A DNA stretch of 64,000 bases from Dictyostelium discoideum. Taxonomy: Eukaryota. The stretch covers positions 3,264,001 through 3,328,000 of the forward strand of contig CM000152.2 in NCBI GenBank assembly GCA_000004695.1, given 5' to 3'. The position numbers and the translations under genes are program-made. The notes beneath the pieces were generated by a model that was given only the letters and a program-made list of their open reading frames with translations, did not search any database and was not told the origin of the DNA. Positions 39,496-52,241 of the stretch are shown piece after piece. Positions within the stretch are counted from its first letter, which is position 1; every line of letters begins with the position of its first letter.

Positions 39496-39891
39496 TCAAT
39501 GATAAAACACCATCTGAACCAACCCAACATGAACCATATTCAGGTTTTTTTTCTTCAAGATATTGTTCTTTTGGTTGTGTCATTTCGAGTAATAATTTTT
39601 TAGCATTTCTCAATACTTGTCTACTGCTATCTAAAACGCAAACTGTACAATGAAGCCACATAAATCCATAATTTGGATCAGCATTGATACAAAGTTGTTC
39701 CAATTTTGAAATATCACAATTTGGACCTTTCTCCATAATCTCTAAACGAAGTAGTTCAATAAATGAATCTCCAAATTGTGGTGTAAATTGAATTGCAAAT
39801 TCTAAAAATCTTCTGGCTTCTCTTAGTTCATTATTATTTAATGCAATTCTAGCGCCTTCACACCAAACCTCACCAGATTTTGGTACCTAAT

Positions 39892-39934
<43 letters not shown>

Positions 39935-42111
39935 ATGTTAATTCATTTATATATTTTATTATAAATTTGATTTTTTTTAAAACAATGGTGGTTGATATTG
40001 TTATATTATTTTTAAACTTACAAATTGTAAAGCTTTCTTAAAAACATTTAATTGTGATTTAACACCTTTTAATTGATTTAATTGAATAAGAGCAGCCCAT
40101 AGTCTACCAGCACCACTATGAATTTTTAAAGATTCTTTTGCTTCTTTAATTGCTGCTTCATAATTGTTTGCTCTCATTTCAAGTAATACACTTTCTAAAA
40201 ATACTTTCCAATCTAAACGTGCTTCTACATGAGCCATCTTTAAAATTCTACGTGATTTATTAATGTTACCTGCATATTCCTCTAATCTTGAATATTCCAA
40301 TAATACCAATGATCTTAATTTGGATGGTACCTCCTCTAGAGCACGGAAAACCAATTTTCTAGCTATACAAATATTATCAGCATTTAATTCTGTTCTGCTA
40401 CCACCTAACCAAACTTTCCATAATAAATTCTCTGGACAAAGCTCGACACTCTTTACATAGGCAGCTCTAGAGAGTGTTAAATTTTTTGAACGTTCTTCAA
40501 TTTGAGCTGCTTCGAAATAGATTTTCCAAGTTACTTCACGTGATACAGCTTGTCTAGCACGTTCAACGGTATTACGAGTTGATTGAAGGAAACCATGACT
40601 AGTTTTCTCATATAGACGTAATGCACTAAACCAAAGTGGACCATATTTTGGATCTTCAAATAAACCTTTCTCTACAATGTTAATGGCACGTTCATACTCT
40701 TCACATCTCTCTTCAAGTTTATAAGCTTCTTGATAGATTGGACCATACCAAGGTACATGTTTCATGAGATATTTAAAGATCTTTCTAGCAACATCAATAT
40801 TACCAGCACGAGCCTCCAATAAACCACCCTCCATTACAGCTCTCCAAGTTTTATAGATTGATTGATCACGTAGTTGAGAAAGTAATGCTCTTGCTCCCTC
40901 TAAATTATCCATTTTCTCTTCATGACGAATACCTTTAATCAATAAACTCTCATTGAATGGACAATGTTTAAGACCCAATTGAAGTATCTTTTGACATTTC
41001 TCAAGACGACCATAATCTTCCTCCATTTTAGCATACTCTAACCAACCTTGACTAATATAGGGTTGAGTACTTGTAACCTTTCTATAGAATTTACGAGCCA
41101 ACTTAAGGTTATTTTGACGGTTAGCCAAATCTGCCAATTCTAAATAAACTCTCCAATGAACTTTTTCTGGTAAAACACTTAATGATTGAAAAGCAAATTC
41201 CATTGCAATCTCTAATCCTTCTTTTTCTTTTAATTTAAATTGTTTAATAAAGTGTTTATATTGTTGTTTAGAAACTGGACTCTCTACCAATTCACCTCTT
41301 TTAGATTCATTTGGTGGTGGTTTAGAATGATTAACTGTTGTTAATAACTCTTCATTATCTGAATCATTATTAATAATATTAATATTTGTTTGATTATTAA
41401 TTGTTGTAACATTATTTGTATTATTATTATGTTGTTGTTGTTGTCTTTGATTTGAAGTTGGTGGTTGTTGTTGTTGTGGTTGTTGTGATTGTTGTAGAAG
41501 AGGTGATTGAGTTGTTGATGTTTGTACATTTTGTTGTTGTTGTTGTTGTTGTTGTGTAGATTGTTGAGTTTGATTTTGTTTTTGATGTTGATTTTTGTGA
41601 TTTGGATGTGACTGATTATGGTGTTGGTTATGATGTTGGTTATGTTGATTATGTTGATGTTGGCCATGATGTTGGCTATGTTGATTGTGTTGATGTTGGC
41701 CATGGTGTTGATTATGTTGATGTTGACCATGATGTTGATTGTGTTGATGTTGACCATGGTGTTGATTATGTTGATGTTGACCATGGTGTTGCATTCANNN
41801 NNNNNNNNNNNNNNNNNNNNNNNNNNNNNNNNNNNNNNNNNNNNNNNNNNNNNNNNNNNNNNNNNNNNNNNNNNNNNNNNNNNNNNNNNNNNNNNNNGTG
41901 GTGATTGTTGTTGGTTATTGTTTAAAATCGGTTGATAGTAATACTTTGGATAGTGTTGTTGATTTTGTTGTTGATTTTGTTGTTGATTCTGTTGTTGGTT
42001 TTGTTGTTGATTTTGTTGTTGCTGTTGCTGTTGCTGTTGTTGCTGTTGCTGTTGCTGTTGCTGTTGTATTTGCATTTGCATTTGTAACATTTGTTGGTGT
42101 TGTAAGAGGCT

Positions 42112-42151
<40 letters not shown>

Positions 42152-42667
42152 ATTGGGTTTTGTTGCATTGAGTTTTGTTGTAATTGAATAGGTGGTGGTT
42201 TTACAACACTTGACCAATGATCTCTATTTGATGTTACAGTTGATTTAATTTGTTGATTATTTAAATATACAAGGTTTTGTGTTTGTTGTTGTTGTTGTTG
42301 TTGTCTTTGTTGTTGTTGTTGTAACATTGCTTGGGTGTGATTTGTTGAGGTTGATTGATCAGGTTGTAAAGATGGACTCCAATTGAATCCATTAACACCA
42401 GCATCAAATGACATATTTTGATAACTACCAGTGCTAGTATTTAATTTTTGTTGTTGTCTATAATTATTTGTGTTAATATTATTGTTATTATTGTTGCCAC
42501 TATAAATATCACCCAAAACTGGTGATGAAATTGGTGCATTTAATGGTGAAACTGATGGATTGGCAATATATTGAGGTGTTGGTGGTGTTTGATCAATTTT
42601 AATAATACCATTGATTGACGTATTTTGTTGTTGCTGTTGTTGCTGTTGCTGTTGTTGCTGTTGTTGC

Positions 42668-42729
<62 letters not shown>

Positions 42730-43151
42730 TTGTGTATAGAAAAATGGTGAAATTGGTGAAGGGGAAGATTTTAATTTTAATTTTTGTTGTTGTTGTTGTA
42801 ATTGTTGTTGTCTTGAAACTATTGAAGAATTTGTACTTGGTAAACCATTTATATTTCTCTCAGAGAATGGATGAAAGAAGTAATTTGGATTTCCAAATGA
42901 AATCTCTTCACCATCACTTAATCTCTCTAAAGATCTTTGAAGTAATTGTTGTTGTTCATCCAATAGTTTATCATCTTCCTCATCTATATCACCACTTCCA
43001 TTATTTATACTGATTCCATTGATGCTACTAATACCATTCATACCAAAACTAACATCATTAATCATCATATTACTACCACTACTACTTGTCATACCATTTA
43101 CTATTGGACTCACGATTCTCTGTGCATGATGACTATTTGTTATTAAACTAC

Positions 43152-43250
<99 letters not shown>

Positions 43251-43307
43251 TATTATTATTGTTGTTGATATTAAAATGTTGTTGTTGTTGTTCATGATAA
43301 TATTGTT

Positions 43308-43338
<31 letters not shown>

Positions 43339-43483
43339 GTTATAATATCCTCTATTTCCACCTCTAATAATATTAACATTATCTATTTGGTTATCATCTA
43401 TATCATATAAATTACCATGGGTAATACTGGTGTTGCTATTGTTATGAACATAGCTAAATGTTGGGGATATATATTGTTGTGGG

Positions 43484-43529
<46 letters not shown>

Positions 43530-43728
43530 GATGATGTTGTTGTTGATGATGTTGTTGTTGTTGATGTTGTTGATGATAATTGCCACCAAATCTAACTTGA
43601 TTGAACTGTGTTGTATGTTGCTGTTGTTGTTGTTGTACTTGAGTATTATTTTGTTGTTGGTGGTGATGCTGTTGTTGATTTAACATCATCCTACCAAAAG
43701 AATAGGATAGAGAGTCTTCGTTATTCAT
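39410..43728 (-). CDS. HAT/TPR-repeat protein whose C-terminal about 600 aa resemble pre-mRNA-processing factor 6 (PRP6)-type HAT arrays, fused to a polyQ/polyN/polyH N-terminal region of about 800 aa or more. The CDS is interrupted by a 100-N assembly gap (41798-41897). The last intron is 39887-40021 (exons ..40022 and 39886-39410)
   Basis: ATG at 43728 (MNNEDSLSYSFGRMML...). ORF 41341-43728 and ORF 40001-41794 are in different frames across the N gap. The HAT repeats are of the form ..W..Y.E.A.....L..AR..Y.R......P.....W..YA.ME... The C-terminus ..KSGEVWCEGARIALNNNELREARRFLEFAIQFTPQFGDSFIELLRLE...INADPNYGFMWLHC.. parallels the PRP6 C-terminus (..NSGILWSEAIFLE.. ..GDAWAFFYKFE.. ..AEPRHGELWC). 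The junction ..KKALQF|VPKSGEVW uses a GTAAGT donor and an ..attag acceptor. The conserved PRP1_N domain was not seen. Confidence 0.6.
41600..41797. repeat. Tandem 30-bp coding repeats (five or more copies of cat ggt caa cat caa cac aat caa cat, encoding Q-H-H-G-Q-H-Q-H-N-Q) abutting the assembly gap
   Basis: ORF 40001-41794 begins MQHHGQHQHNQHHGQHQHNQHHGQHQHNQ... The nucleotide period is visible directly as 'ccatgatgttgg..tatgttgattgtgttgatgttgg..' iterations. Confidence 0.8.
41798..41897. other. Assembly/scaffold gap (100 N) inside the HAT-repeat gene
   Basis: Run of 'n' characters. The reading frame differs on the two sides. Confidence 0.99.
43141..43262. repeat. (ATT)about 40 trinucleotide repeat, translated on the minus strand as a poly-Asn tract in the HAT-repeat gene
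   Basis: Direct reading. It corresponds to NNNN... in ORF 41341-43728. Confidence 0.85.
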
Positions 43729-43794
43729 TCTTTTTTTTTTTTTTTTTTTCTTATCTGTTTTTGGTTGTATTGATATATTTATATTGATAATTGA

Positions 43795-43872
43795 TACTGA
43801 TATTGTTGATAATTGATAGTTGATAATTGATTATTGATTATTGATTATTGATTATTGATTATTGATTATTGA
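43795..43872. repeat. (TTGATTA)n heptanucleotide minisatellite about 70 bp upstream of the HAT-repeat gene's start codon
   Basis: Plus strand reads 'gataattgattattgattattgattattgattattgattattgattattgatat'. Confidence 0.8.
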
Positions 43873-44305
43873 TTATTGATATTTGACTTTGTTTTTTAAA
43901 AATTTTAAAAAAAAACAATAAAAAAAAAAAATAATAATTAAATTTAAAATTAAAATAAAGTCTTGAAACTGGAAAAAAAAAAAATAAACTTGATGGTTGT
44001 GTTTTTTAAATATTCTTGTAGATCTTATTCTAAAGAACACTAAAATTTCACTGTTTATATTTATTTCTTTTCTTTTCTCTTCTCTTCTCTTTTTTTTAAT
44101 TATATTATATTATATAAAATAAAAAAAATAAAAAAACAAAATAAAATAATATAAAAAAACTATTAAATTAGTATATATATTTATATATAAATATATTGTT
44201 ACTGGTATTTTAAATAAAATAAAATTTTAAAATAAAATAAAATATATAAAATAAAATAAAATAAAAAAAAAAAAAAAAAAAATCTTAATTGTTTTTTTTT
44301 TATTA

Positions 44306-44364
<59 letters not shown>

Positions 44365-44681
44365 TTTTTATTTTTTTTAAAATTAAATTTTTATGCTGGT
44401 TTTTGAATTTATTATATTACTTTCCAAACCAATTATAGGTTTTATAGTGTGGCGTATTGATGTGTTTTTTTATTTATTTTTTTTTATTTTTTATTTTTTT
44501 TTGCTTTTTTTGTTTTTTTATTTTTTTTTTTTATTTTTTTTTTTTTTTGTGTGATAAAAATACAATAAAATAATATGATGTTGTTTGTTGTTGGATGACG
44601 GTTACATATAAAAAAAATTTAAAAAAAAATTGAAAAAAATTAAAAAAAAAAAAAATTCAAAAAATTAAAAAATAAAAAAAA

Positions 44682-44715
<34 letters not shown>

Positions 44716-45263
44716 TTGAAAAAATTAACAGTCAGTTGAAATGGAGGCGCCAAAATTCAAAATTTAAATTTAAATTAATGGAGGGGGCAAATTAAAAAAT
44801 AAAAAAAAAAAAATAAAAAAAAAAATAAAAAAAAAAAATAAAAATAAAAGACTTTTTTTGGAAAATCTGATTAATTCTTGAGCATAAAAAAAAAAAAAAA
44901 AAAAAAAAATTTAGATTTTAAAATTTTTTTTATTTTTTTTGGCTTTGCAATTTAAAATTTTTTTCTTTTTCTTTTTTTTTTTTATTTTCTTTTTTTTTTT
45001 TTTATATCAATTTTTTTATTTTTTTTATTTTTATTTTTTTTTTTTTTTATTTTTATTTTTTTTTTTTTTTTTTTTTGTCCCCCTGTAATATCTTTGGGAT
45101 GTAAAAAAATAAAAAAAAAAATAACATAAAAAAATAAAATAAAATAAAAAAATAAATAAAAACATGACTGTAAAATTTTTTGATTTTTTGATTTTTTGAT
45201 TTTTTTTTTTTTTTGATTTTTTTTTTTTTTTTTTTAATTTTTCATTAATTTAAATTTTTTACA

Positions 45264-45619
45264 ATGACAGAACCAAATAATAATACAAGTTCACTAGCAG
45301 CACAACCTGTTGCAGCAACATCATCAACAGCAGCCACAATCAATAACACAACAGCAACAACAATAACAACAACAGCACCAGCATCAGCAGCAACAACAAC
45401 GATTTCACCAGGAACAGCATTTTCCTTAATAAACTCAAACCCATTATTAAATTCAGTTGAAGATAATGATTTATTAGTTAAATCTATTGCAGAAGGATAC
45501 TCAAATTATCTTGGTTTTTCACAAAGTACAAATGACCAAGCTAAAAATATTGATGATACAATTGAATATATGTTAGCAAGATTAGATGAGTTTGGTGCTT
45601 TTGTTGAAACTGTATGTAG

Positions 45620-45685
<66 letters not shown>

Positions 45686-46014
45686 TAGTATTAAAAAAAA
45701 AAAAAACCAATCAAACATATTAATTAACTTATTATTATTGTTATTATTATTGTAATATAGATAAAAACAGATACAGATAAAACTGATTCAAAACTTATAC
45801 CATTATTATTTGAAAAAACAAAAGAAGTTCAACAATTTTTCCCAATTATCGATAAACTAACTGAATTATCATCAGATATTAATAAAAATATTTCAATATT
45901 AGAGGATAGATTAAATCAAGCTGATAGACATGTTTCAAATTTAACTGGAAAGAGCAACCCATTAAAATGGGTTTTATCTCATATTGTAAGTATTTTATTT
46001 TAATTTTGTTTTTG

Positions 46015-46057
<43 letters not shown>

Positions 46058-46324
46058 AATTAAAAATAATAAATGTATATTAATTATCAAAATTATATAT
46101 ATATTTAGCAAAAAGAAGAAGATATTTTGCAACAAATTAAAAATTCACAAGAATCAAATAATAATAATAATAATCCTCAACTCAGATTTGAACCACTCAA
46201 AATTCATAATACAACTGAATTCTTTAAACAAGTTAGAAGTCAAGCACAACCATCTAGTACTAATGCTACTACTACTACTACTACTTCTAATATAACGCAA
46301 AATGAAACATTAAAAAAAGAATAA
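45264..46324 (+). CDS. Hypothetical protein (about 262 aa) with a T/A-rich N-terminus and a coiled-coil-like C-terminal half; 3 exons: 45264-45611, 45761-45985, 46109-46324
   Basis: ..LARLDEFGAFVETV|IKTDTDKTDSKLIPLLFEKTKEVQQFFPIIDKLTELSSDINKNISILEDRLNQADRHVSNLTGKSNPLKWVLSHI|QKEEDILQQIKNSQ... Donors GTATGT and GTAAGT, acceptors ..atatag and ..atttag. Intron 1 is (ATT)n-rich. Confidence 0.6.
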
Positions 46325-46608
46325 ATATATTTATAAATAAAAACTCTTGTAAATTAAATAATATGGTATGATAATAAATTAAAATTATTACCTTTACTTG
46401 TAGATAAATAACCCGATATTTATACAAGTTTAAAAACAAAAACAAAAAATAAAAAAAAAAAAAAAAATAGAATTCGCCTATAATTAAAAGAAATTGTTTT
46501 AAATATAATTTTAAAAATCTATTATGATATATAATCGGACTTTTTTTTTATTTTTTTTTATTTTTATTTATTTATGTTAGTTTATTGATTTAAATTTATA
46601 ATTTATTG

Positions 46609-47235
46609 TTATACTGATTCTTCACCCATATTATTTGTTGTAGCGGTCGTTGTGGTAGTAGTGGTCAAATCATTTCTGGAATCAGTTGATACAGATATAC
46701 TAATTAATAAAGGTTTTGATTCTTGAGTTTGAAATAAATCTAAAACCAATTTTATACTAAAAAACATAAATAAACTCCATATTATGAATAAAACTGTAAA
46801 TAATATTCTAAAAGGGTATGATATATTAAATTTATTATTATTACCAATTTCTAAAAATTGGCAAATATCGTATGAAGACATAAAAAATGATACTTCTGAT
46901 AAGGTGCAATACTTTTTTTTTTTTTTTTTTTTATTATTTACATAAAAAAAAAATAATAATTTTAATAGTTTTAATAATTTTAATAATAATAAATAAATGA
47001 TATTTACCAATACTAGAAATGATTTTTTTAAAGTTTTAATTCCAAATAATCCAATTATAATTGTTACTATTTCTATAGCCATATTACATATTGATAAAAA
47101 TGAAAAGAAACACCAAGGTATCCTTAATAGTATCATTATTAAAAATAACCATTTTAATTTGTATATTACTTTTTCTAATTCTGTTAATTCATTATAATTT
47201 TCACATTCAAATAATGATAAATCACCACCAATCAT
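46609..47235 (-). CDS. Small multi-pass membrane protein (about 176 aa, four predicted TM helices); 2 exons: 47235-47008, 46911-46609
   Basis: MIGGDLSLFECENYNELTELEKVIYKLKWLFLIMILLRIPWCFFSFLSICNMAIEIVTIIIGLFGIKTLKKSFLVL|YCTLSEVSFFMSSYDICQFLEIGNNNKFNISYPFRILFTVLFIIWSLFMFFSIKLVLDLFQ.. A GTAAAT donor and ..aaaaaag acceptor excise the A/T-rich segment. The ORF-track read-through is LLKLLKLLFFFYVNNKKKKKKK. Confidence 0.55.
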   Translation of the reverse strand: MIGGDLSLFECENYNELTELEKVIYKLKWLFLIMILLRIPWCFFSFLSICNMAIEIVTIIIGLFGIKTLKKSFLVLVNIIYLLLLKLLKLLKLLFFFYVNNKKKKKKKYCTLSEVSFFMSSYDICQFLEIGNNNKFNISYPFRILFTVLFIIWSLFMFFSIKLVLDLFQTQESKPLLISISVSTDSRNDLTTTTTTTATTNNMGEESV

Positions 47236-47877
47236 TATAAATATATTATTATTATTATTATTATTTTTATTTTATTTTATTTTTTATTTTTTATTTTTTT
47301 TTTATTTTATTTTATTTTATTTTATTTATTTATTTATTTTATAAACGGAAAAATTTAGTTTTCATCATATATATAGTTTTATTTTTCATTATATAATTTA
47401 ATATATTTTTTTTTGTTCTTTTTTAAATTACTTAATATTATTATTGACTTGGAATGTGTAAAAAAAAAAAAAAAAATAAAAAAAAAAAAAAAAATATAAT
47501 ATAATTTTTTTTTAAAAATTGAATGAAATAAATAAATAAATATTTTTTTTTCTTGTTATTTTAAATACTCATCGTTCATTAGAAAAAAATTATTACAATA
47601 ATAACCAAAACAGATGGTTATAGATTTTATATTGCCTTTTTTTTATTTAGATTTTTATTATTATTTTATTTTATATTTTTTTAATTTTATTTTTTTTAAA
47701 GATTTAGTTGGTGTAAAAAAAAAAAAAATAAAAAAAAAATAATAATAAAAATAATAAAAAGGATGGATTAAAAAAAGGAATTGGTGTTTTTGATTTGGCC
47801 AAATCAAATAATCAAAAATCATAAATTTAAAAAAAAAAAAAAAAATTAAAATAAAAAATTAAAAATAAATCTTTTTT

Positions 47878-47916
<39 letters not shown>

Positions 47917-47956
47917 CAAAAACAGTGAAAAAAAACGAGTCGGTTTTGGAATTTTT

Positions 47957-47989
<33 letters not shown>

Positions 47990-48081
47990 TTTTTATTTTT
48001 TTATTAATATTATTATTATTATTATTTTTTTTTGACGAAAACATTTAAATAGATTTTTTTGTCTATAAAAAAAAAATTAAA

Positions 48082-48387
48082 ATGAATTTAAATAAAAATA
48101 ATAACAGTGTTGAAGATAGTGTTAGTAGTGATTTAATTGATTTAGAATGTACATTCGAATCAATGGGTTTGGATAATAGAATCCTTAGAGCATTAAAAAA
48201 GATGGGATTCCAAAATCCAAGTCTTGTACAATCAAAATCAATTCCACTCTCATTACAAGGTAAAGATATTTTAGCAAAAGCTAGAACTGGTTCTGGTAAA
48301 ACTGCTGCATATTCAATCCCAATTATTCAAAAAGTTTTAATGGCAAAAGAAGTAAGTGTTTAATTTAATAAATTAATAAATTAATAA

Positions 48388-48480
<93 letters not shown>

Positions 48481-50385
48481 AATTTTTATTTTTTATTTTT
48501 ATTATTTCATTTTTAGAAATCAAATATTAAAGGTGTTAAAGCAGTTGTATTAGTACCAACTAGAGAATTATGTGAACAAGTTAAGAATCATTTTAATCAA
48601 GTTTCATATTATTGTCAACAATTAGTATCAGTAGTACAATTAGGTAATGATAAGACATTGGATGAACAAAAAGGTTTACTTCGTGATATTCCAGATGTTA
48701 TAGTTAGTACACCAACAAGATTAGTACAACATTTAGAGAATAAAACCATTCAATTACAATCAACATTAGATATATTAGTAATTGATGAAGCTGATTTAGT
48801 TTTAAATTATGGTCATCAAAATGATATTAACATAATTAAATCATTTTTACCAAAAGTTTGTCAATGCTTTTTAATGTCTGCAACATTAACTAAAGAAGTT
48901 GAAGAATTAAAAAAATTAGTATTACATACTCCAGCCGTTTTAAAATTAGAAGAAGATAAAGCAATTCAAACTAATTTATCAGAATATTCAATTAAGTAAG
49001 TAATAATTAAAATTAATATTAATATTAATATATATTAATATATATTAATATTATTTTTAATTTTTTATTTATTTAGATGTGCAGAAGTTGATAAATTCTT
49101 ATTAGTATTTTCATTATTAAGATTAAGATTAATGCAAGGAAAAATTTTATTCTTTGTAAATGATACAAATAATTGTTATAAATTGAAATTATTCTTTGAA
49201 AGATTTCATATTAAATGTGCAGTTTTAAATTCAGAATTACCAATTAACTCTAGACATGATATCATTTTACAATTTAATAAAGGTTTATTCGATTATTTAA
49301 TTGCAACTGATGAATCTTTTAAATCTGATTCAAATAAAAAAGAAGAACAAGAATTAGAAGATAATGAAAATGAGGATGATGATGATGATGATGATGAAAT
49401 GACTGATGTTAAAAAAGAAGATGATGAAGAAAATGAAGATGAAGAAGAAAATGATGAAGAAAATGAAGAAGATGAAGAAAATGAAGAAGATGAAGAAGAT
49501 GAAGAAAATGAAGAAGATGATGATGAAGAAGAAAATGAAGAAGATGATGATAAAAAAAATAAAAATAAAAAAATAAATAATTCAAAAGGTGATAAAGAAT
49601 ATGGTGTAGCAAGAGGTATTGATTTTAGAAATGTTGATATTGTTGTAAATTTCGATTTTCCAAGAACAATTAAAAATTATATTCATCGTATTGGTAGAAC
49701 CGCTAGAGGTACAAATAAGGGTATTGCATTATCATTTGTAACTTATCATAATGAAGAACTCTTAAAAAAAGTATCAAAGACTAGAGGCGATGCAGGATAC
49801 AATCTTAAACCATTCGAATTTAAAATGAATGCAATTGAAGGTTTCAGATATAGAGTTGAAGATGTACTTAGAACTATTGGTATTCGTGCAATTAAAGAAG
49901 CCAAGAAAACTGAATTAAAACAAGAACTTTTAAATAACGAGAAATTAAAATCTCACTTTTCAGAGAATCCACAAGATCTTTTAGCTTTAAAACATGATAC
50001 TACCTTAATTAAAAAACAAGTCCCACTTCATTTACGTGTTGTTCCAGAGTACCTCTTACCAACACAATTCAAAAATCATGCCGATCAAAAATTGGAAATC
50101 ATTCCATCAAGACCACAATCTGGTCATCATGGTACAACCGGTAGAAGTTTAGGTGTTAATAAAAAACTTGAGCAAAAGAAAAGAAAGAAAGATATCTTAA
50201 AAACTTTATCAATTAAAAAGAATACAACTCTCACTGGTGAAGAATTGGCTCAAGCTCGTTCTAAATCACTCATTAAAAGATTAAAAATTAAAGAAGGTAA
50301 TATCTCTGCTGATGGTTCTTATAAAACTGTTAAAGTTCAAAAGAAAGGTGCAAATAATAATAGAAGAAAACTTATTGTTGATTAA
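48082..50385 (+). CDS. ddx56: DEAD-box ATP-dependent RNA helicase DDX56/Dbp9 homolog (about 686 aa); 3 exons: 48082-48351, 48517-48995, 49077-50385
   Basis: Q-motif ..[15 protein letters not shown]. Motif [11 protein letters not shown]. Ia/Ib [36 protein letters not shown] ..[44 protein letters not shown]...[10 protein letters not shown]. Order and spacing are as in DDX56. An acidic insert of about 80 aa ([11 protein letters not shown]..) lies at 49330-49570. Donors GTAAGT; acceptors ..ttttag and ..atttag. Confidence 0.85.
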
Positions 50386-50420
<35 letters not shown>

Positions 50421-50521
50421 TAATAATAATTTTTTAAAAAAAAAACACACTCCCACATACACACACACTCTCTCTCAATATATATTATTTTTCTCATATT
50501 AAATTTTACAAATAAATAAAT

Positions 50522-50570
<49 letters not shown>

Positions 50571-50621
50571 ACACATATATGATATAGAGTTTATTATTAT
50601 TATTTATTTGTTATTTATTTA

Positions 50622-51553
50622 TTATTTAATTATAAATTTTGGTTCACCAGAATTAATTGAAATTTGAAATGATTTTACATGATTAAATTGATTTAATTTA
50701 AATAATTGTATAATTGAAGATTCAAATTCTTTAAAATTATAAGAATCAGTTGTTTCATCAATTTCAAAGTAATCACCATTTAAAAAGATGAAATAATGAT
50801 TAATTCTTTTATTATTTTCCAATAAATATTTAATTAGTTGTATTGATTTTATATCTTGTAAGAAAATTCTAGTTATTGATTCATTTTCAATAATCATTGA
50901 AAATAAAACTTCTAATAGTTGTGGAATTTCATTTAATACCCAATTTACATTTTCATTCATTTGTGTTACAATTGAAATTGATTTCAAACTTTTACTAATT
51001 TTAATTAATTCTTTATATTTATTCCAATGTTTAATAAATAATTCTATTTTTTCATTTGTTAATAAATTATTATTAAATTCTTTAATTTTACTATTAAATT
51101 CTATTTCTTTATTATTATTATTATTATAATTTAATAATAAATTTGGAAACATTTGAAAAAACTTTGAAATAAATGATTGAAAATTCATTGAAATAATTAA
51201 ACTTTTTAAATTTGGAAATAATTTTAAAGAATAATATAATGTAGTAATTGTTGAATCTTCTAATATAAAAATATTAACTTTTGAAAAACCAATACTTTTA
51301 TTATTATTATTATTATTATTATTAATATTATTATTTGATTTTAATAATTTAAAAGTTTTATAAAAATTTAAAATAATTTTTGAAAATCCAATTTCAATTA
51401 CTTTAATTGGTCTATTTAAATTATATAATGATTTTATTAAATATTGGAAATCAGTTGAATTATTTTGATAACTAAATGTGAAATCATAAATTGAGGTAAT
51501 ATTACTATCATCTCCTATTAAATATTCTTTTTTATTATTATTATAATTACTAC

Positions 51554-51641
<88 letters not shown>

Positions 51642-52241
51642 TAAGGTTTCATTATTAATTCTTTGAACAATATGTTTAAATAATGATATATTTTTAAATT
51701 TAATTCCTTTAATTATAATTTTATCCATTTTTGAGAATGATAAATTATTAATTATTATTCTTTTTAAATTCTTAAATAAACTAATATCAATAATTAATTG
51801 ATTTAATAAATTAACTAACTTTACTAAGTCATCTTCTGTAATTAATGGTTTATTATATCCATTTTTAAATTTTTCTGTATTTAATTTTAAATATTTTATT
51901 GAATCATTATTAATTATTGAATAATTATTATTTTTATTATTATTATTAATTAATTCATTTAATTTAATTATTAATGATTTATAATCTAAATTTGGATTAT
52001 TTTTATAATAGAAATCAATTGATACATTTAGATTTAATTTCATATATTTAAACCATTCCCAACATACTAATGAAATTTTATCAATATCAATTGGTTGTGT
52101 TGGTTTACGTGAAAATAGATCATTTGGTATTGGTGGTGTTGGATATGATGATGTATATGATTTAATTTTTTTATTATGATAATTAATATCTATTATTAAA
52201 AAATTTAATATCTTTTTTTGAACATAAATTGGAATTATCAT
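50622..52241 (-). CDS. Hypothetical Asn-rich protein (539 aa, single exon) with an F-box-like N-terminal region and degenerate leucine-rich repeats
   Basis: Complete ORF from the track: ..KISLVCWEWFKYMKLNL..; repeated L..L..N/I..L.. segments; a 30+ Asn run. No catalytic motif. Confidence 0.55.

Noticed and set aside
41602-41935. Plus-strand ORFs 41602-41904 and 41618-41935 that contain long runs of X
   Set aside because: These are artefacts of translating across the 100-N assembly gap.
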